Positions 26,975-35,498 of a DNA stretch of 64,000 bases are shown in pieces. Position 1 is the first letter of the stretch. Each line of letters opens with the position of its first letter. Origin of the DNA: Gemmatimonadales bacterium (lineage in GTDB: Bacteria; Gemmatimonadota; Gemmatimonadetes; Gemmatimonadales; GWC2-71-9); contig JBFJHJ010000015.1 in NCBI GenBank assembly GCA_041613315.1, forward strand, positions 1,050-65,049, in the 5' to 3' direction. A model generated the notes under the pieces. It had not been told where the DNA came from. It did no database searches and saw only the letters and a program-made list of their open reading frames with translations. Both the position numbers and the translations under genes were made by a program.

Positions 26975-27745
26975 GTGAGCTGTGAGCGGCCAGCCGCAGC
27001 CGACGTCGTCGGGTCAGCCGCCGAGGCCGAAGCCGAAGCGCAAGCACCGGAAGCCGGAGCGTTCGCGTCCACCCCAGCGCACCACCCACAGCTCACCCCC
27101 TCCGCCGAGCGCGCCACGGCATCCCCACAAGACGCCGGCACCGAACCGGAGGGGCCGCTGAGCGCCGGTAGCCCCTGGGTGCTGGCGGTGACCGGTGCCT
27201 CAGGTGCGCCATATGCCGTGCGCCTCTTGGAGACCCTGGCACGGGCCAAGGTGCCGCTCCTGCTCGTGATCTCCCGACACGGCTGGCGGTTGCTCGAGAC
27301 CGAGGCGGGCATCTCGTCCGACCATGAGCTCCGTGCGGCGACGGGTGGCGATTGGTCGAGCATCACGGTCTGCGACGACGACGACCGGGGCGCGGCGCCC
27401 GCCTCGGGCTCGAGTCCCAGCGCCGGGATGGTCATTTGCCCATGCTCCATGGGGACGGTCTCGGCGATCGCGCAGGGCTCGAGCCGCTCGCTGATCGAGC
27501 GCGCGGCAGACGTGGCCCTGAAGGAGCGGCGCCGGCTCATCCTCGTGCCCCGGGAGTCGCCGCTCTCGCTCGTGCACCTCAGGAACCTCACGAGGGTGAC
27601 CGAAGCGGGAGCTACCGTCATCCCGGCGGCGCCGGGCTTCTACCACCGCCCCACCACCGTCGCGCAGCTCATCGATTTCGTGGTCCAGCGGGTGCTCGAT
27701 CACATGCGCGTGGAGGTGAGTCTCGTGGCCCGATGGAAGGGATAG
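26975..27745 (+). CDS. ubiX: UbiX-type flavin prenyltransferase
   Basis: Core begins WVLAVTGASGAPYAVRLL, then ICPCSMGTVSAIA and RRLILVPRESPLS. The first ~68 codons are low-complexity Ala/Glu/Pro, and an in-frame GTG at 27179 would give a typical ~188-aa UbiX. Confidence 0.85.
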   Translation: MSCERPAAADVVGSAAEAEAEAQAPEAGAFASTPAHHPQLTPSAERATASPQDAGTEPEGPLSAGSPWVLAVTGASGAPYAVRLLETLARAKVPLLLVISRHGWRLLETEAGISSDHELRAATGGDWSSITVCDDDDRGAAPASGSSPSAGMVICPCSMGTVSAIAQGSSRSLIERAADVALKERRRLILVPRESPLSLVHLRNLTRVTEAGATVIPAAPGFYHRPTTVAQLIDFVVQRVLDHMRVEVSLVARWKG

Positions 27746-27832
27746 CACCGTCGTCCGTTGTCCGTGATCCGCTATCCGTCTGTGAGCGTGGTAACCGGGG
27801 TGGTCGGACCATGGATGACGGAGAACGAGCGG
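27745..27832. repeat. Intergenic heptamer-array inverted repeat, copy 3
   Basis: Forward array: gcaccgt cgtccgt tgtccgt gatccgc tatccgt (27745-27779). Inverted array: cggacca tggatga cggagaa cgagcgg (27805-27832). CCGTCGTCCGT lies at 27748-27758. The 16-mer cgttgtccgtgatccg (27756-27771) equals the reverse complement of 6642-6657. Confidence 0.6.
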
Positions 27833-27842
27833 GGGTCGTAGG

Positions 27843-28319
27843 GTGCGATTGGGGATCATCTCCGATACACACGGCACGCTCCGGACGGAGGTCTTCACGA
27901 TCTTCGCGGAGGTGGACCACATTCTCCACGGCGGCGATGTCGGTCCCGTCGATCTCCTCGTCGAGCTGGAGGCGCTGGCGCCGGTGACGGCGGTGTACGG
28001 CAACACCGACGGGGTCGAGCTCCGGCAGCGGTGTCCCCAAGTGGCGGAGCTCGACTTGGACGACTTCCGCATCGTCGTGACGCATGGCGATCAGTTTGGG
28101 TCGCCTACGCCAGCCAAGCTCCATGCCGCCTTTCCGACGGCCGAGATCATCGTGTTCGGCCACACCCACCGCCCGCTGCTTCAGCTCGTGGACAGGACCG
28201 TCACGGTGATGAACCCCGGCTCGGCGGGCGCCGCCCGTTTCGGCATCCCGCCGTCGGTAGGCATCATGGAGTTGGAGCCCGGGATCCCGCCGCGCGCGCG
28301 GCTGGTGCCGCTGGTGTAG
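27843..28319 (+). CDS. YfcE/MJ0936-family metallophosphoesterase
   Basis: MRLGIISDTHG, HGGD and GHTH motifs in the canonical order. Confidence 0.8.
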   Translation: MRLGIISDTHGTLRTEVFTIFAEVDHILHGGDVGPVDLLVELEALAPVTAVYGNTDGVELRQRCPQVAELDLDDFRIVVTHGDQFGSPTPAKLHAAFPTAEIIVFGHTHRPLLQLVDRTVTVMNPGSAGAARFGIPPSVGIMELEPGIPPRARLVPLV

Positions 28320-28399
28320 GCAACGCCGTCCCGGCCCGCCGAGCGGCGCGGCCTCTTCGTTACCTTTCCCATGCCCTCACCACCACCGACGGAGCGAGG

Positions 28400-30172
28400 A
28401 TGACGGCACTGGTTCCTCTCACGCTCGCGCTGCTCCAGGCCGGAGCACCGGCGCCGACGTTCCAGCAGGGCGTGGACTACCGCATCGAGGCGACGCTCGA
28501 CGAAGCGGCGCAGGTGCTCCGTGGACGCGCCCGCCTGCGCTACACCAACAACGTCCCGGACCGGTTGGATACGCTCTATGTGCACCAGCACCTGAACGCC
28601 TTCCGGCCGAATAGCGCGTGGGCCCGGCGCGAGCTGCAGTTCCGGGAGCGGCGCTTTCAGGACCTGGGGCCCGCCGAGCACGCCTTCGAGCGCTTCACGC
28701 GCATCACCGTGGATGGGCGGAGCGCCCGCGCCGTGTATCCCGGCGCGCCCGACTCCACCGTCGCCGCGATCGTACTCCCGGCGCCGCTCCGGCCGGGCGG
28801 CACCATGGACGTCGTCATGGACTGGGAGGCCCGACCCTCGACCGTGCCGAGGCGGCAGGGCCGCGACGGCCGGCACTGGGACTTTGCGCAGTGGTATCCC
28901 CGCATCGCCGTGTACGGCAGCGGGGGGTGGGCGGCCCATCCGCTCATGCCGCAAGGGGAGTTCTTCGGGGAGTTCGCGACCTACGACGTTACGCTGGATG
29001 TCGCCGCCGACCAGATCCTGGGCGCCACCGGTGTCCCGGTCGAGGGGGATCCGGGATGGGAGCGCGTGGTCGGACCGGTCTCCGAGCCCGTACGCCTGCG
29101 GCGGGACGCGTACCCGCCCCCACGGGCTGAATCGTTGGGGATGCTCGAAGCGCGGCCGGCCGATGGCCGCAAGCGTGTGCGCTGGCGGGCCCAGCGCGTG
29201 CATCACTTCGCCTGGAGCGCCGACCCCGAGTTTCGCTATGAGGGGGGGCGGCTCGGCGATGTGGCGATCCACGTGCTGTACCGCCCGGGCGACCTCGACT
29301 GGGATCTGGGCGCCGTGGTCCGGCGCTCGATTCGGGCGCTCGGCTGGCTCGACGAGATGTTCGGCCCCTACCCGTATCCGCAGCTCACGATTCTGCACCG
29401 GCTCGAGGGCGGCGGGACCGAGTTCCCGATGCTGGTGATGAACGGCGGCGACGGGCAGGGCCTGATCGCCCATGAAGTGACGCACCAGTACGCGCACGGC
29501 ATCTTCGCCAACAACGAGTGGCGCGACGCGTGGCTCGACGAGGGGTTCACGTCCTTTCTCACGAACTGGTTCTTCGAGGCGCATGGCGCGAAGGACGTCT
29601 GGCGTCCCGTCCTCGAGCGCGCGGCGAGGTGGCCGGCGGAGCTCCAGGCGCAACCGGTGGCGACACCCTCCGCCGACTTCGTGAACTTCCAGACGTATGG
29701 CGCGATGTCGTACACGAAGGGATCGATCGTCTTCTACATGCTCCGCGAGCTGATCGGCGCCGGCGCGTTCCGGGACGGCCTCCAACGCTACTACGCGTGC
29801 TGCCGCCTGGCCCACGTGACCGAGGCCGATATCCGGCGCGTCATGACGGAGGCGAGCGGCCGGGACCTGGACTGGTTCTTCGACCAGTGGCTGCACACGA
29901 CGCACCGGCTGGATTACGCGGTGGGCGACGTGAGCACCGTTCGCCTCGCCGATGGCCGGTGGCGGACCCGGGTGGACGTGCGGCGGGAGGGCGAGGCGTG
30001 GATGCCGGTCGTGCTCGAGGTTGGGTCGGAGCGGCTAGAACTCGCGAGCCGGGAGCGGCGGCAGGTGGTGGAGGTGACCACGACGGCGCGGCCGGCCGCC
30101 GTCACGCTCGATCCGGACGTCCAGCTGCTCGAGACCAACCGAGCCAACAACCGGCGGGCCCTCGAGCCGTGA
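28400..30172 (+). CDS. M1-family zinc metallopeptidase (aminopeptidase N-like), secreted
   Basis: ATG at 28400 after GGAGCGAGG. Signal-like MTALVPLTLALLQAGA. HEVTHQY (HExxH) followed by WLDEGF (the downstream Glu ligand). The listed ORF start at 28031 overlaps the previous gene out of frame. Confidence 0.85.
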   Translation: MTALVPLTLALLQAGAPAPTFQQGVDYRIEATLDEAAQVLRGRARLRYTNNVPDRLDTLYVHQHLNAFRPNSAWARRELQFRERRFQDLGPAEHAFERFTRITVDGRSARAVYPGAPDSTVAAIVLPAPLRPGGTMDVVMDWEARPSTVPRRQGRDGRHWDFAQWYPRIAVYGSGGWAAHPLMPQGEFFGEFATYDVTLDVAADQILGATGVPVEGDPGWERVVGPVSEPVRLRRDAYPPPRAESLGMLEARPADGRKRVRWRAQRVHHFAWSADPEFRYEGGRLGDVAIHVLYRPGDLDWDLGAVVRRSIRALGWLDEMFGPYPYPQLTILHRLEGGGTEFPMLVMNGGDGQGLIAHEVTHQYAHGIFANNEWRDAWLDEGFTSFLTNWFFEAHGAKDVWRPVLERAARWPAELQAQPVATPSADFVNFQTYGAMSYTKGSIVFYMLRELIGAGAFRDGLQRYYACCRLAHVTEADIRRVMTEASGRDLDWFFDQWLHTTHRLDYAVGDVSTVRLADGRWRTRVDVRREGEAWMPVVLEVGSERLELASRERRQVVEVTTTARPAAVTLDPDVQLLETNRANNRRALEP

Positions 30173-30197
30173 GGGTGGCGAGCGCCGCGCGGCCGCC

Positions 30198-30518
30198 TTA
30201 GGCCGAGGCAGTGAGGTTGAGGCCGGCGATCCCGAGGACGACCAGGACGATGCACCCGAAGCGCACGGGGTCTCGGGACTCGTCGAACAGCACCATGCCG
30301 AGCAGGGCGGTGCCGACGGCGCCGATGCCGGTCCATGCGGCGTAGCCCGTGCCGATGGGGATCGAGCGCACCGCCTTGGCCAGGAAGAGGAGGCTCACCG
30401 CCATCGCCACGATCGTCGCCAGGCTTGGCCCCAGGCGCGTGAAGCCCTGGCTGTACTTGAGGCCGATCGCCCACGCCGTCTCCATCACGCCGGCGATCGC
30501 CAGATAGACCCACGCCAT
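30198..30518 (-). CDS. sugE: SMR-family small multidrug/guanidinium exporter (SugE/Gdx-like)
   Basis: 106 aa with 4 TM helices. Conserved membrane Glu in AGVMETAWAIGLK. SD AGGAGGAAACCG upstream. Confidence 0.85.
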   Translation of the reverse strand: MAWVYLAIAGVMETAWAIGLKYSQGFTRLGPSLATIVAMAVSLLFLAKAVRSIPIGTGYAAWTGIGAVGTALLGMVLFDESRDPVRFGCIVLVVLGIAGLNLTASA

Positions 30519-30575
30519 CGGTTTCCTCCTCGTGCGTTGCGGTTCTGCGCCGCCGCCCCGCCGCCCCGGCCGCCC

Positions 30576-31550
30576 CTATCTCGTCACGACCACGAACGTC
30601 ATGTACACCACGAACCCGCCCAGGAGCAACATCCCGTTCCACCGCGTGACCGTGCGCCGCTCGAGCATGAGCGGGAGGAGGGCCGCCGAGAAGGCGAGCA
30701 TCACCCAATTGTCGAGGGACTCAGCCCGCGGGTTGACGGGCACGGGGAAGATGGCGGCGGTGGCCCCCAAGATGCCCAAGAGGTTGAAGATGTTGGAGCC
30801 GACGACGTTGCCGAGCGCGATCTCCTGCTCACCGCGCCGGGCGGCGATGAGGCTCGTGGCCAGTTCCGGAAGGCTCGTGCCCATCGCGATCACCGTGAGA
30901 CCGATGACGCGCTCCGGCACGTGCAGCAGGTTCGCCGCGGCGACGGCGCCGCGGACGGCCAGATCGGCTCCCACCACGAGCGCGCCCATCCCCGCCGCGA
31001 CGAGCGCCACGTTGACCCCCCACGCCCGGGCCGTGCCGCTCTGCACGTGGGTGTTCCGCTCGATCTCGCGCGCCGGTGTGTGCGGGTCGTCGCCGGTCCG
31101 GGGATGTCGCGCGAGCCAAACCGCGTAGGCGATGAAGGCGACCAGCCCGCCCAGGAGGAGGCCGCCTTCCAGGCGGCCCACGAGCCCGTTCGCCGCCAGC
31201 AACACGGCGACGCAGGAGACCGCAAACATGATCGGGTACTCGATGCGCAGTGTTTGCCGGAGCACTGGAATCGGGGCCAGGATCGCCGCGAGGCCCAGAA
31301 TCGCACCGACGTTGAAGATGTTCGAGCCGATGATGTTGCCAAACGAAATGTCGGTGGCGCCGCGGGCGGCGGCGTCGAGGCTCACGGCCAGCTCGGGGAG
31401 GCTCGTTCCGATGGAGACGACGGTGAGGGCGACGACGGCGGTGGAGACCCGGGCCAGAAGCGCCACGGCCACCGCGCCCCTGACGAGGTAATGCCCGCCC
31501 ACGAACAGGACGACGAGCCCACCCGCGAGCTGCAGGGTCGCGATCAGCAC
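30576..31550 (-). CDS. CaCA-family sodium/calcium antiporter (YrbG-like)
   Basis: Two alpha-repeats, GTSLPELAVSL and GTSLPELATSL, each followed by GNI(I/V)GSNIFN. GTG start at 31550 after GGAGGA. The upstream 89 codons of the listed ORF are Arg/Pro-rich junk. Confidence 0.85.
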   Translation of the reverse strand: MLIATLQLAGGLVVLFVGGHYLVRGAVAVALLARVSTAVVALTVVSIGTSLPELAVSLDAAARGATDISFGNIIGSNIFNVGAILGLAAILAPIPVLRQTLRIEYPIMFAVSCVAVLLAANGLVGRLEGGLLLGGLVAFIAYAVWLARHPRTGDDPHTPAREIERNTHVQSGTARAWGVNVALVAAGMGALVVGADLAVRGAVAAANLLHVPERVIGLTVIAMGTSLPELATSLIAARRGEQEIALGNVVGSNIFNLLGILGATAAIFPVPVNPRAESLDNWVMLAFSAALLPLMLERRTVTRWNGMLLLGGFVVYMTFVVVTR

Positions 31551-31566
31551 CGGGGTCCGTCCTCCG

Positions 31567-32667
31567 TCATGCGAGTCGGAGTCGGGCGAGCCAGGTTTCG
31601 AGCGCGACGGTGCGGCGCAGCGCGCCGGGGTGGCGCCGGAACCACGCTCGGACGAGCACCGTCTCATCGATCGCCACCGCCGGCACGGGGCCGGGGGGCT
31701 CGGGCGCGGCATGTTCGGCGACCAAGGCCCGAAAGGCCTCGAGCTCGATCGGCGTGCGCGGCGCCGGGGCGGCCGCCCGGACGGTGGCGCGGCGGATGAC
31801 GTACGCGCGGTCGTCACCGTACCACCCGGGATCGGTGTACACGAAGCTCAGCGCGTCGAGCGCGGCTTGGGCCCGGGCGCAGGCGCCCAGCAGCCACGTG
31901 AGCGCCTCGAACCGCCCCCGCCACCACGCGGCCCGCTCATAGTCTTCTCGCTCGCTGGCGGCCGTCATCTCCGCGATCACGCGGTCGAGCGGCTCGACGG
32001 CCCGACCTTCGATGAGCGCCTCCGCCTGTGCCACGCGGGCCTGGTAGGTTTCTTCGGTAACGAAGCCGGCGCACGGACCCGTGCATGTTCCGAGCGCATG
32101 CCGCAGACACGCGGCGCGGCGCGACGGGGCGAAGAGGTCTCCCTGCTCGGCGTACGCGACGGAAACGTCGAGCGCGCAGTCGCGCAAGCCCAGAAGGTCG
32201 TTCAGCACACGGATGCCCTCGGTGAGCCGGGCGATCGCGGTGAAAGGCCCGTAGTGTCTCACCTCGTCGTCGCCGGTCCGGGCTCCGACGTAGACCTTCG
32301 GTGCCGGGCCGCCGGAGACCTTGATGAACGCCACACGGTGGCGCCGGTTCATGCGCACGTTGAACGGGGGCCGGTGGCGTTGGATGAGGCGTAGCTCGCC
32401 GAGCAGAGCGGCGAACTCCGAGGGGTGGTAGTCCCATTGCACGTCGGCCGCCGCTTGCAGAATGCGGGCCGCCTTGTCATCCGGATAGCTGGCGCGGAAA
32501 TACGAGAGGAGGCGGGTGCGGAGCCGCCCGGCTTTGCCCACGTAGATCACGCGTCCGCCGGCGTCGAGCATGCGATACACGCCGGGGCGGTTCTCGGCGA
32601 GGGCGGCGACGCGACGCTGGAGCGCCGCGACGTCGCCGAGCGGGAGGGCGAGCGCCGCTACTGCCAT
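31567..32667 (-). CDS. Cho-like excinuclease (UvrC N-terminal-half homolog: GIY-YIG plus Cys cluster plus UVR-like helix)
   Basis: ATG at 32667 (MAVAALAL...). GIY-YIG: GVYRMLDAGGRVIYVGKAGRLRTRLLSYF ... EFAALLGELRLIQRHRPPFN. Cys cluster: CLRHALGTCTGPCAG. No RNaseH-like/HhH C-terminal half (366 aa). 10-nt overlap with the upstream gene. Confidence 0.8.
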   Translation of the reverse strand: MAVAALALPLGDVAALQRRVAALAENRPGVYRMLDAGGRVIYVGKAGRLRTRLLSYFRASYPDDKAARILQAAADVQWDYHPSEFAALLGELRLIQRHRPPFNVRMNRRHRVAFIKVSGGPAPKVYVGARTGDDEVRHYGPFTAIARLTEGIRVLNDLLGLRDCALDVSVAYAEQGDLFAPSRRAACLRHALGTCTGPCAGFVTEETYQARVAQAEALIEGRAVEPLDRVIAEMTAASEREDYERAAWWRGRFEALTWLLGACARAQAALDALSFVYTDPGWYGDDRAYVIRRATVRAAAPAPRTPIELEAFRALVAEHAAPEPPGPVPAVAIDETVLVRAWFRRHPGALRRTVALETWLARLRLA

Positions 32668-33662
32668 CCCCGAAGCGATCGCACGTACCGATGTAGCACG
32701 AGGAACTTCTCGTACACAATGACGTCCTTGCGCTTCCGGCCCAACTCGGCGAAGAGCTCCCGCATCCGCCCCCGGCGAGTCACATAGAAACGGAAGGTCT
32801 CGGCGAAGTCCTCCTGCGGGTGCGAGGCGGCGTACGCCGTCACCTGTTGGATGACGGTCGTGCTGACGCGGCGGCGCTGCATGTCCACCCACGTATCGTC
32901 CCGTACCCGATAGGCCTTCGCCACCTCGCCGAACACGCGACGGAAGGCCTCGGTCCGCGTCCACGACCAGTGGTGGAACAGGAAACTGTGGCCCAGCTCG
33001 TGCGTGATCAGCCCCACGAGGAGGGACCACACGATCTCCTCCCGGCTCGATACCTCCACGTGCGACCGATCGATCTCGATGATCTTGGGATACGTGGGGT
33101 CGACGCCCGATACGCCGGGACGCAATAGGACGCGGTAGCCCCAGTCGCGGATGCGGGCGACGCGGAGCAGCTGACGCACCTTCGCGAGGGCCGGCCGGAT
33201 GAGGTCCCGCCCGGTGGCGTCGCCGCCGCACCACGGACAGACGTTCATCCAGTCGTTCACCCCCCGGTCGCAGTGCGGGCAGGTCCCCTCGTACTCGTCG
33301 TCGCCCCACTCCTGTTCGCGGCCGCACCACGGGCAATGCTCCATGGGGTGCTCCACCCCGCCCCCGCATCCCCAGTCACACTTGGCGCTGAACTTGAATC
33401 CCTTGGGGGCCTTGAGCGGCTCCTCGCTGGAATAGCCCTCCTCGTAGATATCGGTACCGCACCACGGGCAGTAGGAGAAAAAATCCGACACGACCCAGCC
33501 GCACCGGTGGCATTCGGCCCCCGTCACCCGGAAGTCGTCCCCCCAGGTGAGCTTTCGGGCGCAGCTGGGGCAGTAGCGCCAGTAGCGCTTGAGCTCGTGC
33601 CCGCACGTACAGCGAAGCTCGGGCCGAGGGGTCGGGGCCCGACGCCGCCGGCGATCACTCAT
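32658..33662 (-). CDS. Four-zinc-ribbon protein with C-terminal HExxH zincin-like metallopeptidase domain
   Basis: Ribbons: CTC...CPSC, CHRC...CPWC, CDWGC...CPWC, CPHC...CPWC. Then LITHELGHSFLFHH and a downstream EDFAETF. 8-nt overlap with the ATP-grasp gene. Confidence 0.7.
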   Translation of the reverse strand: MSDRRRRRAPTPRPELRCTCGHELKRYWRYCPSCARKLTWGDDFRVTGAECHRCGWVVSDFFSYCPWCGTDIYEEGYSSEEPLKAPKGFKFSAKCDWGCGGGVEHPMEHCPWCGREQEWGDDEYEGTCPHCDRGVNDWMNVCPWCGGDATGRDLIRPALAKVRQLLRVARIRDWGYRVLLRPGVSGVDPTYPKIIEIDRSHVEVSSREEIVWSLLVGLITHELGHSFLFHHWSWTRTEAFRRVFGEVAKAYRVRDDTWVDMQRRRVSTTVIQQVTAYAASHPQEDFAETFRFYVTRRGRMRELFAELGRKRKDVIVYEKFLVLHRYVRSLRGWQ

Positions 33663-34665
33663 AGCGGGCGATCGCTTCGTCGACGATGCGTTGCACGAAT
33701 GCGTAGTAGTCCATGCCGGCTTTTTCGGCGGAATTTGCCATGTCGTGCCCGAAGCTGATGAACGGGTTCGCGTTCGCCTCGATCAACCACGGCTCGCCAT
33801 CGCCCGTCAGTCGAATGTCGAGCCGCGCGTAGTCGCGAAGCCAGAGATACCGGAACGCGGCCCGGCACATGTCTTCGATCCGTTCCCGGGCGACGCGGGG
33901 GAGCGGGCGCGCGAACACGTTCTTGATGCCCTTACGCTCGCGGTACGGCTCGTCCCATTTGGCCGATTTCGTGGCGATGCGCTCCTCGGGCTTCGTGCGC
34001 TCCTTGTCGAAGATCATCTCGATGACGGGAAGTACCTCCAGGGCGTCACCGTTCCCGACGATGCTCACATACAGCTCGCGGCCGTCCACGAATTCCTCGG
34101 CGATCGCTGGTTGGTCGAACCGCTCGTGCACGAATCGGACCCGCTCGGCGAGCGCGTCCACGTCCCGCACCACCGATGCTGTCGCGATCCCCATCGAAGC
34201 ATCCTCCTGGAGCGGCTTCACGATCAGGGGGAACGCCAGCGTCGGCAGCCCGGCGACCTCCTCGCCCCGCGCGTAGGTCACGAAGCGCGGCACCTGAATG
34301 CCGTGGTACGCGAGGAGCTTCTTGCTCATCGCCTTGTTCCGGGTCGTCAAGAGCGACATCGGTGGTGAGCCGGTGTAGCGGTACCCTTCCGCCTCGAGAA
34401 GTGCGGGAAAGAGGTAGTCCAGCCGGGCGTCGCCCAGGAACCCTTCCGCGCAGTTGAACACGAGTTCCGGCCCAAACGCGCCGAGCCGATCCACCATGTG
34501 CCCGAAATCGTCGTGGACGCCGGCGAGCAGCACCTCGTGGCCGTGGGCCATCAGCGCCTCGGCGACCTCGTACTCCGCCTCTTCGACCTCCGCCGCCACT
34601 TCCTTCTTGAAGTCCTCGTCCTCCCATCCCTGGTACGGGGTGTCGAACACGACGGCGATCTTCAT
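33655..34665 (-). CDS. ATP-grasp ligase (D-Ala-D-Ala ligase-like family)
   Basis: Starts MKIAVVFD at 34665 (ATGA overlap with the mutM stop). Has KPLQEDASMGI, EEFVDGRELYVSIVG and the LIEANANP Mg/ATP-site pattern of the ATP-grasp fold. Confidence 0.8.
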   Translation of the reverse strand: MKIAVVFDTPYQGWEDEDFKKEVAAEVEEAEYEVAEALMAHGHEVLLAGVHDDFGHMVDRLGAFGPELVFNCAEGFLGDARLDYLFPALLEAEGYRYTGSPPMSLLTTRNKAMSKKLLAYHGIQVPRFVTYARGEEVAGLPTLAFPLIVKPLQEDASMGIATASVVRDVDALAERVRFVHERFDQPAIAEEFVDGRELYVSIVGNGDALEVLPVIEMIFDKERTKPEERIATKSAKWDEPYRERKGIKNVFARPLPRVARERIEDMCRAAFRYLWLRDYARLDIRLTGDGEPWLIEANANPFISFGHDMANSAEKAGMDYYAFVQRIVDEAIARYE

Positions 34666-35498
34666 GCCGACCCGCCCTGACAGCGCCAGCAGAACGTGGT
34701 GGTCCGCCCGTCGATAGCGTGCGTCGCCGCCAGCGCCGTGCCGCAGCGCGGGCACGCTTCGCCGCCACGGCCATAGACCTGGAGGACGTCCTGGAACGCG
34801 CCCTGCTCCCCCGTGCCCGTTCGGTAGTCCCGGACGGTCGTGCCGTCGGCGGCGACGGCCGCCCGCAACACGTCGCACACCGCCCGATGCAGGCGCACCC
34901 ACTCCGCCTCGGACAGTTGGTGCGCCGGCCGAGACGGGTCGATCTGCGCGCGGAACAGCGCCTCGTTGGCGTAGATGTTCCCCACGCCAGCCAGCCGGCG
35001 CTGGTCCATGATCGCCTTCTTGATGGCCTGCCGCGTGCCGCGCAGCCGCTCCGCGAAGCGCTCGGCGGTGAAGTCCGCCGCGAGGGGCTCGGGACCGATG
35101 CGGCCAGTATAGGCCGACCAGCCCCGTTCGTCCAACAGCCAGATGGTGCCGAGACGCCGCACGTCGCGAAAGACGAACCGAGCCCCGCCGCCGAGCGATG
35201 CTTCGAGCACGGCGTAGCGCCGCTCTGCCTGGCGGAGGCGCCGATCATAGACGATCAGCGCCCCGGTCATGCGGGGCTGGATCACCAGACGGTGGCCGGT
35301 GGAGAGCAGAAAGACCACGTGCTTCGCCCGACGCTCCACGCGCTCGATCCGGTTGCCGGCGAGCGTGGCAAGCAGCCGCCGCCGGCTCACCCCTCGCAGG
35401 ACGTCGGTCTTATGGAGACGGGGATGCCGAAGGGTGCGGCCGGTGAGCCGGGGCCGCAGGCCCCGGACGATCGTTTCGACCTCAGGAAGCTCCGGCAC
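34662..35498 (-). CDS. mutM: Formamidopyrimidine-DNA glycosylase
   Basis: MPELPEVET catalytic N-terminus, H2TH region and C-terminal zinc finger CPRCGT...FCWRCQ. Confidence 0.9.
   Translation of the reverse strand: MPELPEVETIVRGLRPRLTGRTLRHPRLHKTDVLRGVSRRRLLATLAGNRIERVERRAKHVVFLLSTGHRLVIQPRMTGALIVYDRRLRQAERRYAVLEASLGGGARFVFRDVRRLGTIWLLDERGWSAYTGRIGPEPLAADFTAERFAERLRGTRQAIKKAIMDQRRLAGVGNIYANEALFRAQIDPSRPAHQLSEAEWVRLHRAVCDVLRAAVAADGTTVRDYRTGTGEQGAFQDVLQVYGRGGEACPRCGTALAATHAIDGRTTTFCWRCQGGSA

Noticed and set aside
30519-30575. Possible guanidine riboswitch (mini-ykkC or guanidine-III) upstream of the SugE/Gdx-like exporter
   Set aside because: The 57-nt leader (GATAGGGGCGGCCGGGGCGGCGGGGCGGCGGCGCAGAACCGCAACGCACGAGGAGGAAACCG) shows no pair of ACGR-loop hairpins and no guanidine-III consensus. 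It looks like a plain GC-rich spacer with an SD.
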